Part shown: one piece after another, positions 21,701 through 33,194 of the stretch | How the letters are laid out: each line of letters begins with the position of its first letter | Numbering within the stretch: the stretch's first letter is position 1 | DNA from: Camelus dromedarius | Taxonomy: Eukaryota | Direction of reading: 5' to 3' | Length of the DNA stretch: 64,000 bases | Assembly: GCF_036321535.1 (NCBI RefSeq) | Contig: NC_087459.1 | Coordinates: 10,726,001 to 10,790,000, forward strand | Position numbers and translations under genes: made by a program | Notes under the pieces: generated by a model | Databases searched by the model: none | Told to the model about the DNA's origin: nothing | What the model saw: the letters and a program-made list of their open reading frames with translations, nothing else

Positions 21701-23875
21701 GGCACTGCCCACCCCAGCTGCCCTGCTGGAAAAAACACCCTCCCAGGCTTGCTATGGCTGCCAGTCCCCACAGCGGTCTGCCCCTGCCTGCCCTTGTGGC
21801 CTGAGCCCTGGACAATGAAGGGCCAGGTCACCTGCTGCAGCTTCCACTGCTTGTCCTCCCGGAAGGCGAAGTGCAGCAGCTGGTTGTTACGGGGCGTCTT
21901 CAGGTTCACGTCCTGCTGGGCAAGAGCGGGATAAGCTGGCCAGAGGGACGCCCTCCTGCTTTTGGCCACTCTGAGCCCTTGAGCCAGGCGCAGAAACCAG
22001 GTGTGCGCCGCAGCTCAGGCCTCAGCCACTTCCTGGGGCAGAGGGTCTCAACACTTTGGCCAACTGAAGGGTGAACAGGGAGGTCAGGAAACAGGAACCC
22101 AGGCCCAAGAGGAACCACAAAGAAATGAAAGGGAAAAAAGAAAGGGGAAGGTGGCCTTGGCTGGGAGGAGGTGTGTGGTTGTGCGCAAATAGGGAACATT
22201 TGTACATGCCAAGGGACAAACCGCCCACCCGAGGAGGAGAAGGAACTTCCTCCATGCCTTGGCATCTGGCACAGGGTCAGGTGCAGACAGAACTCAGATG
22301 TTGGCTGATTCCACTTTGATCTGGGGCCAGCCTAATCCCTGGGCCCAGACTCCAGGTAGGGTTGTCTGCAGAGCATCTGCCCCTTCCTGCACCTCTCACT
22401 GAAGCCACACACCAAATCCCATGAGCAAGTTAGGGGGGGTCATTGTCATTTTAACAAATAAGGAAACTGAAGCCCACAGAGATTAAGGATCTTGCCCAGA
22501 GTCACGCAGCAAGCTGGTGGCAGAGCTGAGATAAGCAGGAGGACCCCCATGCTCTTCCCCACAGGCTCCTGTGACAGCATGAGAAGGGGAGAGGGGCCGG
22601 GGAACTCACCGCCTGGCTCAGTGCATCCCCTTGTAGAGTCAGCACGCCCTTCACCTGGTCTGTGCTGCAATATGTGTGGGTCAGAGCAGGGCCTGCGGCT
22701 GCCCCCTCCTACTACCAACCCTCCCACCAGGCTGCCCCTGGCTGTCACAGGATGGTCCAGCCTGTCCCACTGCACACCCTCTGGACATCAGAGCTGAAGT
22801 CAGTCTGCAGGGCAGGGCTTTGGCCGTGCCACTTGACCTAGAGGGTATCTCAGGTGATTCCCTTCGCAAAGAGCCCATCCTCCCATTTCCACCCAGCCGG
22901 GGCTCACCCACAGCTGCCCAGGATGAAGTTCTCCTGCTTGGTGGGCCCCTCGGTGCCTGAACCTGGCAGAGTGAAGCGGAGAGAGGCCTCCTGGGGGACA
23001 GAGAGGAGTGGGGTAAAGTTCACCCACACCAGCCCAGCGCTTCTTCCAGAAGCCCCACTCCCAGGGCCCCTCCCCCACAGCCTGAGTTTCAGGTCCTACC
23101 TGAGCTGATACTTGGCTCCTTCCACATTCCCTGGGAGCCTACTGTGTGCCCAACATGGGATATAGAGCCGAGAGATACCCTCCTAGCTTGGTTAAGGTGC
23201 TTGGATGTGGGAAGCAAAGTCAGAAATGACAGTAGTCATGGCAACCCACAATTCTGGCCTTACCAGGCATTGCCTGGACATTTTGGGTGACTTGACGGGC
23301 TATCTTATCTTCACGACAGCCCTGAGGCTAGTACTGATATCTCCTTTTTGCAAAGTGGAGACCCAGAGAAATGGAGTACTTGGCTGAGGTCGAAATGCTG
23401 AGTCCTTCAGATCTGAGGCTAAATGTCACAGTTCCAAAGGAAGCCTTCCCCGACCCCGGGCTCAACCCAAGCCCACAGCGCTCATAAAGCTGCTTGTAGA
23501 ATTGGGTAATTATCTGCTGGTGCCCCCGGCTAGATTCTAAGTCCACAGAGGGCTGGGCCTGGTCTAAACACAACGCATTGCGTTCACAGCCGGCGCTCGG
23601 GCGGCAGGCACGGGAGGCCGGGGCAGGAGCCACGCTGGGGGAGGATGGGGAGGGTGGGGGCCCTCAGAGGCCCGACAGACGCGTTACCTTGAGGATGTCC
23701 TGCAGCTGCCTCAGCACGGCGTGCACCTCGTCGTGCAACAGCCAGCGGAACTCCTCCTCCTGCGGGGACAGCCTCGCTGTCAGCTGTCCCGGCCCGCCGA
23801 CCCCCACCCTGCCCCGCCCACGGGCCTCACCAGCACCGCCCGCTCCGCCGTCGTCGCTGCCATCACGGTCGCCAT
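18711..23875 (-). CDS. ROGDI: Protein rogdi homolog, 11 coding exons, 287 aa
   Basis: Exons (minus): 23831-23875, 23688-23759, 22908-22990, 22610-22664, 21832-21912, 21346-21441, 19983-20081, 19499-19612, 19282-19331, 19050-19176, 18711-18752. Total 864 nt, all GT-AG. Protein [39 protein letters not shown]...[13 protein letters not shown]. Confidence 0.97.
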
Positions 23876-24370
23876 CGCCGCCACTCGCTGCCCAGCGACG
23901 GTCGTCACCTGCCCGCCGTCCGCTCGCCACTCGGTCCGCAGGCGGAGCCCGGGCCCACCCCCCGCCGCCGATTGGCTGCGCCGGCGCCCGCCCCACCCCC
24001 AGCCCGCGACGCCGCGAGCGCCCTGGAACCCGCCGGCACCGGCCGGCCGGAGCAGCAGCGTCGTGCGCCGCTTCCAAGGCTGCTCTCTAAGCTGGAGCGC
24101 TGTGGCCGCTCGTCCCGCCCCTTTCCTGCTCTTATAGGGCGCCGTGCTCCGCTTGCACTCATCGATTGGTCGGCAGGATGGCTTGCTCTCGCCGCGTCCG
24201 GCGATTGGTGGACGGGGCAGCTTGCTTCCGCCGGGACTCGCCACCAGCCCGCTAATTCCGCTGGTCCGGGAGGGGCCACCAGACAGTCTGGCGCTGTGCC
24301 GATGAAGCTGTCGCTCCGCGCCAGTCCCTACTTTTCCCTCGACCGCGTGGAGCCGGGGCGCGAACCACTG
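23560..24370 (-). promoter_or_regulatory. ROGDI CpG-island promoter
   Basis: Dense CpG covering ROGDI exons 1-2. CCAAT boxes on the minus strand (ATTGG at 24204-24208, 24165-24169, 23971-23975), TATAAG-like element at 24131-24136, GC box near 24114. Boundaries estimated by eye. Confidence 0.8.
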
Positions 24371-24401
24371 CCAAGGTCACAGTTGTGTTACCAAGAAACG
24401 T

Positions 24402-24407
24402 TTTATT
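24402..24407 (-). terminator. Candidate GLYR1 polyadenylation signal (AATAAA), implying a ~2.1 kb 3' UTR
   Basis: TTTATT on +, next to an N gap and directly before the ROGDI CpG island. Confidence 0.65.
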
Positions 24408-24415
24408 TTGCTTGC

Positions 24416-24563
24416 NNNNNNNNNNNNNNNNNNNNNNNNNNNNNNNNNNNNNNNNNNNNNNNNNNNNNNNNNNNNNNNNNNNNNNNNNNNNNNNNNNNNN
24501 NNNNNNNNNNNNNNNNNNNNNNNNNNNNNNNNNNNNNNNNNNNNNNNNNNNNNNNNNNNNNNN
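24416..24563. other. Assembly gap (148 N) in the GLYR1 3' UTR
   Basis: N run. Confidence 0.99.
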
Positions 24564-26119
24564 AAAGGTTTAAAGGAAAAAAAAAGGGGTAGTGGTGGAG
24601 AGCTTTCATACAAGCTTTTTCACAAGTGTCACATTTTCTCCTTAAAAGGGAAGGCTTTCAAAACAAGGGTGAAATAGCTTAAACAGAAATAGTCATAGAA
24701 AGGAACTTTACAGAATTGTCAACAATATTAAGACAACATTGACTACCCAGTTTCATTACAGCATCTTCCCCCACCCCCACCCCCCATGTCCGGCTAGGAC
24801 GAGAACAGGCTTTATATTCAGACAGAAAAGAATCCAACATCCCAGTGAAATTAACAACTGTGCCAAAAACCACTGGCATCTCCCCCGCCCCCTATGTCTT
24901 CTGAGATCCCCTAACCTGGGTTCTGATCAGCAGAAAAGGGCCAAAGCTGTGAGGGGGAGGGGCCCACACCAGCGTGGCCACCTCATTCTATTAACATTGT
25001 ATATTCACTATAAATGCTGACCTTCTGCACAGTGTTAACTTTGGAAAATTCAACCCATGCAGAGGATGAGAACACTGACATCCTTTAGGTGACTTCTCCT
25101 TGTTCTTACGCCACATTCCAAGCCCCTCTGGTCCCCCATCCAAGGAGAAATGCTAGGGTCTCGAGGATGTCTTAGGTCCACCTCTGAGGGTCAGTTAGCT
25201 CAGATTTGGTCAGGCCTAGCTCTCCTCTTCCCTCCCGACAGACCCTGGGGCCCTGGAAGCACCGAAGACCATGCTGCTGGCTGAAGTGAAGACACTCATT
25301 CCTGTTTCAAGAGCTGAGCCTAAGAAATGGTCATCGTTGGTCAGGCTGGGTCTGGGCCAAAGAAGGAACAGACAGAAAGAAATACTGTCTCCAAGGGAAG
25401 AAAAGGGGGAGAGTGGAGAATGGAGAAAGGTGGGCATGCAGGGGACTTGTGCAGGGGCAGGCTGGAGAAGATGGGACTGATGTGAGGGGACCTGGGTCAG
25501 AGTGGCTCTTCAGAGCCAGTTGAAGTGTCTGTAACGGAAACAGGAGGGAGCCCCACTCCCCCTCCCTCTTCACTCCTCACTTGTGGCCCTCAGGATCCCC
25601 TTTCCCAAGGGCTGGAATGCAAATCCAGATACAACAGCCTGGTGAGGAGTGAGCTCCCTACACCAAAGTGAGGAAGTCTGATCCCAGCCCAGGGCTCCAC
25701 AGTGACGGTGACTTCTGGGACAGGTGCTGAACAGCAGCGAGAGTGGGTTCCTGTGAGGCTCACCTAGAGGCGGGCTGGCTGCTGCTCTCCCTGGAAAGTC
25801 AGAGCCCTGTCTTTGCTTGACTTTGCCAATCTTTTTTCAGCTCACAAAGGCATTTATGGAAAGTTGGTTGCACACTGGTAGCTTAAACAGACAGTCCTCA
25901 TCAGCTGGTCACCTGAGGTTGGAGGGCCCATGGAACCCTCTGTTTAGAGTCTGTGCTGGCTCATCTTGGCCCATAGCCTCTCTCTGTGTGGGATCCAGTG
26001 GGGCATGGTTGACAGAACCACAGCCTCTTCGCTCCGAGGGAAGCAGTGGGAAAGCTTCCAGTTCTCACTGCTGATTCTAGTGCCTTCAACTGGAAGGGGT
26101 CTGAGATAAGACAACTTGG

Positions 26120-26279
26120 NNNNNNNNNNNNNNNNNNNNNNNNNNNNNNNNNNNNNNNNNNNNNNNNNNNNNNNNNNNNNNNNNNNNNNNNNNNNNNNNN
26201 NNNNNNNNNNNNNNNNNNNNNNNNNNNNNNNNNNNNNNNNNNNNNNNNNNNNNNNNNNNNNNNNNNNNNNNNNNNNNNN
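26120..26279. other. Assembly gap (160 N) in the GLYR1 3' UTR
   Basis: N run. Confidence 0.99.
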
Positions 26280-26477
26280 CTGACATCTGTCCCCTCTCCA
26301 GGACCTCCAGGGGAGGAGTGATGCCGTGTGCTGTGCTGATGGCAAGTCTCAAAGTCTGTATAAAAGGAGATGGAGACAGGCGGACTGGTCCAGAGGTAAG
26401 TTCCAGGACCCCAACCCCGTGTGAGGAAGAGGAGGTCAGAGGGAAGACTAGGGGGTGGGGTGGGGTGGGGCTCAGGC

Positions 26478-29400
26478 TTAGTGTATATAGGCTCGGTACA
26501 CGGCAGACATGTCGTTGTCAGACTGGTCCAGTGCCTTGGCTCTTTTGTACACCTGGAAAAAAATGACATGGGCTCAGTCTAGTCACAGAGCTGACTCACA
26601 GACACAGATCTGCTTCCTGGAGGCAGTCCTAGACGTTGTTAGGTAGATAGGTTCTGGAGCTCAGGCTGTCTGGCTGTGAATCCTGGATCCTCCACTAACT
26701 CGCCTAACTTTGGACAAAGTGCCTCTGCCAGCGCTTCTTGATTTTACAGGGGTGTTACTGTGAGGATTAAATGGAGTGAGGGATGTAAACTGTTCAGAGG
26801 CAGGGATGTAAACTCAGCATTGTTAGTAGTGACAATCAATCATGTCTCTTCCTGCTGAAGACACTCCGAGGGCTTCCCATGTTATTCTTTGGGCTGCTTC
26901 CCTGCCCTTCTCTCAGCATGGCTGGCTCCTTCCCAATCAGCTCCGAGGCCTTACCTGCCTCTCCCACCTAAAGCAGCGGCTGCACCACTTCACCCGGCCA
27001 TCTCTTTCCTTTTACTTTTACTTTAATTCTAACCTTCTGCAATTCTTTTTTTTTTATTTATTTTAAAATTTTTATTGGATTTTTTTTTCAGGAGAAGGTA
27101 ATTAGGTTTATTTATTTTAAATGGAAGTACTGGGGATCGAACCCAGGACCTCATGCATGCTAAGCATGTGCTCTACCACTGAGCTATACCCTCCCCCCTG
27201 CAATTTTTGTTTAAACATTTCTGTGCTTACTTTGTGCCCCTTCCATTTATGTAAGCTCCACAAGGAAGAGAAGGGGCTATACCCCATGTCCCCAGAGCCT
27301 AGAATTATAATTACAGCTACCCAGAAGTACTAGGTGAATATGAAAGAGTGTGAGAAGAATTAAAAAGCTGCATTTCCCTCTTTTTTTAAACATAGCTCAG
27401 TTGGAGCTACCATAATTGATGTCTACTACAGCTCAGGTGAAGCTGTCAACTCAGAATGAAGGCTAAGAAAAGACCTTTTTGGATTAAAAAAAACTCAGTC
27501 ATTGCCAGCAGACCTGCATTCAAAAAATGCTAAAGCAGGTTCTTCCAGCTGAAAGGAAACAATACCAGACAGAAATTCAATTCTTCATAAAGTAATGAAA
27601 AGCACTGGAAATGGTAAATTAGAGAAATATAAAGTTTTTTCCCCCTTAATTTCTTTAAATTACATGTGGCGACTTAAAGCAAGACATTCCAACACTGGTG
27701 GGTTAAAACAAAAGCAAATGTAACACACAGGACATCTGTACCCTAAAACAGTGGTTCTCAACCTGGGGTTATTCTGCACCCGCCCCCGAAGGGCATTTGG
27801 TAATGCCTGGGGACATTTGCTACCAACTGAGGGGGTGCAACCAGTATCTAGAGGGTAGAAGACAGGGATGCTGCTAAACATCCTGCAATGTACGTACGGC
27901 TCCCACGACAAAATGTCAAAGGTGCCCAGGTTGAGAAATTCTGCCTTATAGGACAAGGGAGGGGTAAATGGATCTACATTTTATGTAAAGAGGTCCAATC
28001 TAGCATGTGAAGTTAAGGATGAATACAGCAATCCCTAGAGCAAAGATAAAAGAAAAATAACACATTGTTCAAAAACCAATAGATAAAATGAAATTCTAAA
28101 AAATATTCAAATATCCCAAAAGAAAGGAGGAATAGACAAATAAAAGCCAGAGAGGACAAATGGCAATCAAATGATAAAAAACAGTAGCTCCAAATCCAAT
28201 CACATATCAATAGACTTCAAGACAAAGACTAATGTCAACAGACCAGTTAACCTTAAGATCCTGAGCTCCAAACAGTGGAGAGTCTAAACTCACACCATCC
28301 AAAGGGCCAGAAGGCGCCACGCTCCACAGATAAATTAATAACCAAAATGTCTGTTTCCAAGCCAACAAATCCTGTAGAGTCAGGACAGAGGCAAGTGGAA
28401 ATCACCTCACAGACAAGCCCCAATTGTAGACTGTCTACAACAAACACACTTTAAAAATACAGGCTGAAAGTAAATGGATTAAAAAAAGATGTACCACATG
28501 GAAACAGTAAGCATGAGAAGGCTATGAAAATCAGACAACAGATTTCAAAATAAAGATCAAGATGGACATTTCATACCAAGAAAAGGGCAAATTCATGAGG
28601 AAGACATAACACTCATAAATGGCTAAGAGTTTCAAAGACATTATGTGCAATGGACAGGATTAAAGGGCAAAACAGATAATCCCACAATCGTAGTTGGAGA
28701 TTTTAACAGCCCTCTCTCATAATGGGAAGAATCAGAGACAAAGGTCAGTAAAGACGATCTGTAAAAACACTACCAACCATCTCGACCTAAGCGATGTGTG
28801 CGGAACACTGCACCCAACTGTAGGACACGCAGTCTTCTTAAGTGAACATGACACACCCACCAAGACAGACCATCTGCTGGACCACAAAACAAGTCTGAAT
28901 CAATGCAGAGTTAAAAGCCATACATAATGTGTTTTGACCATGAGATATATTATAAATCAATAAACATTAGATGCCTAGGAGAACCCTTCACGGTTTTTAT
29001 TTATATTTGATACACTTTTAAGTAATCTACAGGGCAAAGAACTCACAGGGAAGTAAGCATGGCTCAGAAGGAAATGTACAACGTTGGAGAAGGTCTAAAT
29101 CAATGACCTAAGGTTCCACCTTGAGAGACTAGGTGCAGAGCAAGAAAAGCCAAAGCAAGGATACAAGGAAAACAAAGGGAGGACTGCCGGGACTTGCACC
29201 ACAGCCTCCTGCAGTTACCTCATTGGCTGCAGCTGCCATAGGAGTCGGATGGTTAACGGCATCACCCAGCGCAATGGCTAAACGGAGATCCTTCTGAATG
29301 TATTTCAGGTAGAAATCAGGCTTAAAATTGCCTTGTAGGATATCTGAGGAGGGAAAGTCATTTATCAGAAGAAGTTAAAGGATCCTAAATAAGAAACTAC

Positions 29401-32400
29401 CTACAGTACTGTCAGGGCACAACACCTACCATTTCTTCCCCCTTGGACACCCAAGAGATAAGTTCTCGGCCTGTACTCTGCGATGCCATCTGCCATTTCC
29501 CTGGACCCTCTTTGACCAGGGGTCTGGACTGACTGGAGACCGTGCATGTGTCACATACAATGAGCCTCCCAAGAAGACACTGTTCTGTGACAGCTGCCTG
29601 TCCCAGTTTCCCAGCTCCAATCAAAAACACAACACAAAGCGAGAGCCAAAGCCAACTTACTTTGGCACTTCTGGTCCAGGAAGATGCTGGCCAACTGTCC
29701 CTGATTGAGGATGTCCAAGAGCGTCTGCTGGGACTGGCCTGTCACTTGGGCCAGGGTGAGCCCCTCAGCGATGGTGGCCATGAAGCTTCCCTGGACCATG
29801 TTCACGATCAGCATCATCTTGGCTGCATTGCCAACCTCGCCTGCCCAGGGCAAAGCATCACGGTCACTTCCTAGGAATCCCGTGGAGAGGGACTTTCTGC
29901 CCACCCTCACTCCTGCTCGGACCCACCTCTACACCCAGGGGAGGCCCCGTTCACCTGCCCCTGACAGAACTGGCTCTGACCCTTCTGGCTCTTCCTCCTT
30001 CCAGGCACTGACTGTGCAAGTCAAAGGAAACCTTCCCACAGGGGCCCCAGGCAGAGGCCGTCCGGGACTGACGCTGTCATCAGTGCAGTCTAGAGGGGAT
30101 GTAGCCCACCCAGCCTCCAGGCCTGAAGTGGACCAACAGGTGGGCACGCATGTTACCTAGGAAGAAGGAGGTCTTCCCCATTGCCTGGAAGCAGCTGCTG
30201 CAGTCCTCATACAAGCCCCTGTCTCCGGCCGCTAAGATCACCAACATCCCATCATTAGATAGCTGCTGATTCCCTGAGACCGGGGCTTCCAGAAAGCGGC
30301 CCCCCCTGGATACAATCACCTAGAAAGGAAAGTCACAGCTTCTGGAGCCCTTGCCTCTCACAAGAGTCTTGGGCAGGGAGCATACTGGGGTGGGTGCAGC
30401 TGGCTGTCCACACCAAGACCCAAAAGCTGCCACTTGTGCCAAGGTGCTGGACTAACACTGTGAGGGGGTCAGCAGACTGTCCTCCAAAGGACACCTGCAT
30501 CACATGCAGTAAACAGAGAGAAGCTGGGGTGTCCTCGCAGGCTCCCGTTTACGTGGAGTTTCTTACAAAGACCCAAGATATACCCAAACATGACCATGCC
30601 AATGGCTTGGCTGACCACACCTCCTACAAACACTACCCTTCTTCAACTTCAGCCACCCTCAGAACACACATGGGCCACAAGTCACTGCCCCTTCACCTGG
30701 GCCCAGCAGCTCAGGAGGGCGGAATACTCTGCTACTGTCAACTGCAGAAAGGTGCTGAACCCTAAAGAGCCCTGCTGGCAGCTACAGGGACCCGACGCCT
30801 GTCCCAGCCAGGAAACATCTCTCCTTTTATAGCCACTCAGACTAGCTGTAGCTTTGAAGGTAAAGAGTGAGGATAGGTTAGTCCCAAGGCTACTGGGCTC
30901 TCCTCTCCTCTCTGGCTTTGGCTCTGGAGTAACCAAATTGCCCACACTTGAGTGTGGTCAACCTGGGTCCTGGGCTCCAACTGAAAGGAAGCTGGAGGGC
31001 CAGCCTGAACGAGGCTGCTACCTGGGCGAGCTCGGTGACTGTGTCAGCATCCACTGTCGACATATCCACGTAGCACTTCCCAGGGCGGATCCCCTGCAGC
31101 ACACCACTGGGGCCCAGCACCAGCTGTGGAGACACAAGGGAGAAGCAATAGCCCAGGCTCCCAGCCAGAAACCCAGGAGCCCCTTAGACCTCAGGTCAGT
31201 GTCCTGTTGATTTTTTTTAACTCATTTCTCAAACGGAAGCTAAATACTAAGGCTGAAAAGGGAAGAACGTGTAAATAAGCAAGGGAAAGAGGAGTATTTA
31301 TGGTATGTTCCCATTTATCTTCATTAAAAATCTCCCATTTAAAAGATGGGACCTCAGTATTTATTTATTCTTTTGGCTTCTTTGGATTGACTTGGATTAG
31401 TCTAGACATGAGTTTAACAAGATGACTACTGCATTTGAGCTTCTAAACATACAAATACAGCGATAGCTAAACATAGGAACTTGGCACATGGACCAAAGGC
31501 ACACTCAGCCCCACAACTTCCAGCTCAACAAGAATACATGCGCCAGTCAGGAACCATCTCAGCATAGACCTCAGGGACCCTAGTCAATTTCACCCTTTGT
31601 TCTGAATTAGGACACCTGCATTCTGTTTATGCAAATACCCTTCACAATAGGGGATGGTCCCCAAATGGGAAATTCAACCCCCCTACATGCAGACACTCAC
31701 TCAGTTAGCAGGGGAGAAGGGGAGGAGGCCAGCCAGCTTTTCTGGCCACAACCTGAGACGCTGAGGGGAGGGAGGGGATCCTTACGTCCTTGGCTGCCTT
31801 TGGATCCGACACACAGGCAAAGGTGATGTCACAAGTTGAAACGACTTCAGCGGGGGTTCTTCCTAGGCGGGCCCCCTCCTGGATGAACAAATCACACTGC
31901 AAAAGTCACAGATCCTAACGTGAGCCGCAGGCAGGGCACAACACACACACCAGCCAGGCCAGAGATGCGGTGCCCAGTCCTCCTGGTTGGTCTTCCAAAG
32001 CAGGAGGTTGAGGCTGGGAGCTGGGGAAATCAGCAGGCAGTATGACTGTGAGGAAAGTGGATGGGGGCCCCTTAAGGGCAATCTTGTGTTTTTGCATACT
32101 TGATGCCTAGGACAATGTTCAAGGCTCTACTTCACAGTTAAGCACAAAACAAGTGTCTGCTGAAGGCTTCCTGAAGGAAGAACAGAATGTGGATAGTACT
32201 TGTCCTTAGCCCTGTGGCTGTCTTGGCTGTGGCAAAACCCTCCCAGCACCCTGTGTGCTGGGAGGCAGGGCTGGGCCTGAGAAGCTGCCATCCCTTACCG
32301 AAATGTTTCCAGGGGGTCTAACGGCACTAACTTTTCTTTTCTGAAAACTAAAATCACCTAGAACATCCCATAACAAAACATATTATTAATATTTTGGTGT

Positions 32401-33160
32401 ATTTCCTTTTTCTAAAGGCATTTAAAAAAAGTATTTAGAATAATTTGGACCTATTCTTTTGTATCAATTTTTAATATTTTATATGACTTACATTGATTAA
32501 TATTGTAGTCTTTAATAATTATTATTTATAATGGATGGCTGCAGAATATTCCATCAAGAGATATACCTTAATTTACCTAATGGCTCCCCTGTAGTTCATT
32601 ATCTGGCCCGCTTTTAGTCATAAATGACCCCAACAAGTATCTTTATGTACAATACTTCTCCTCTATGTTTTGAATTTAGGTCTCTGTAAGTAGAACAAAA
32701 CAGGCTCCAAAAAATGATTTAAAAAAATGTAGACAGAAAGCTTTCCAACGGGATTGTGTCAATTACAGTGATCACTGGCAAGGTCTCAAATCACCAGCAC
32801 TGGGCACCTCATTTAAAAATAAGTACCCAAAAATACATTAAAATTTTGTTCTACTTGATTTAGCCACTCAATAATTGCAAATTTGCTTACTATATTTTGA
32901 TTACTCCTGATTACTGAACCTCTTTAATTTCTTTATTTATGAACTGTTTCCTCTTTGTGAGCTATTTTTAAATCTTAGTGTTATTAAACTATGTGTTTAG
33001 TAAGAAAATTCACTCCTGGGTTATGTATCTGAAGAACACAAAAAGACTAAATTGAAAAGATATACGCAAACCAAATGTTCATAGCAGCATTACAAAAGCC
33101 AAAATATGGAGGTGATCTAAGTGTCTATCAATAAACGAATGGTTAAAGAAAGAGATGGTG

Positions 33161-33194
<34 letters not shown>

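Noticed and set aside
23664-24592. Long ORFs over the ROGDI promoter, including apparent N-terminal extensions of ROGDI
   Set aside because: The starts I checked (24077, 24244, 24279) are TTG or GTG. Stop-poor CpG-island DNA explains the lengths, and one ORF runs through an N gap.
9773-26279. ORFs in the supplied track that contain X runs
   Set aside because: They stay open only because they cross N gaps.
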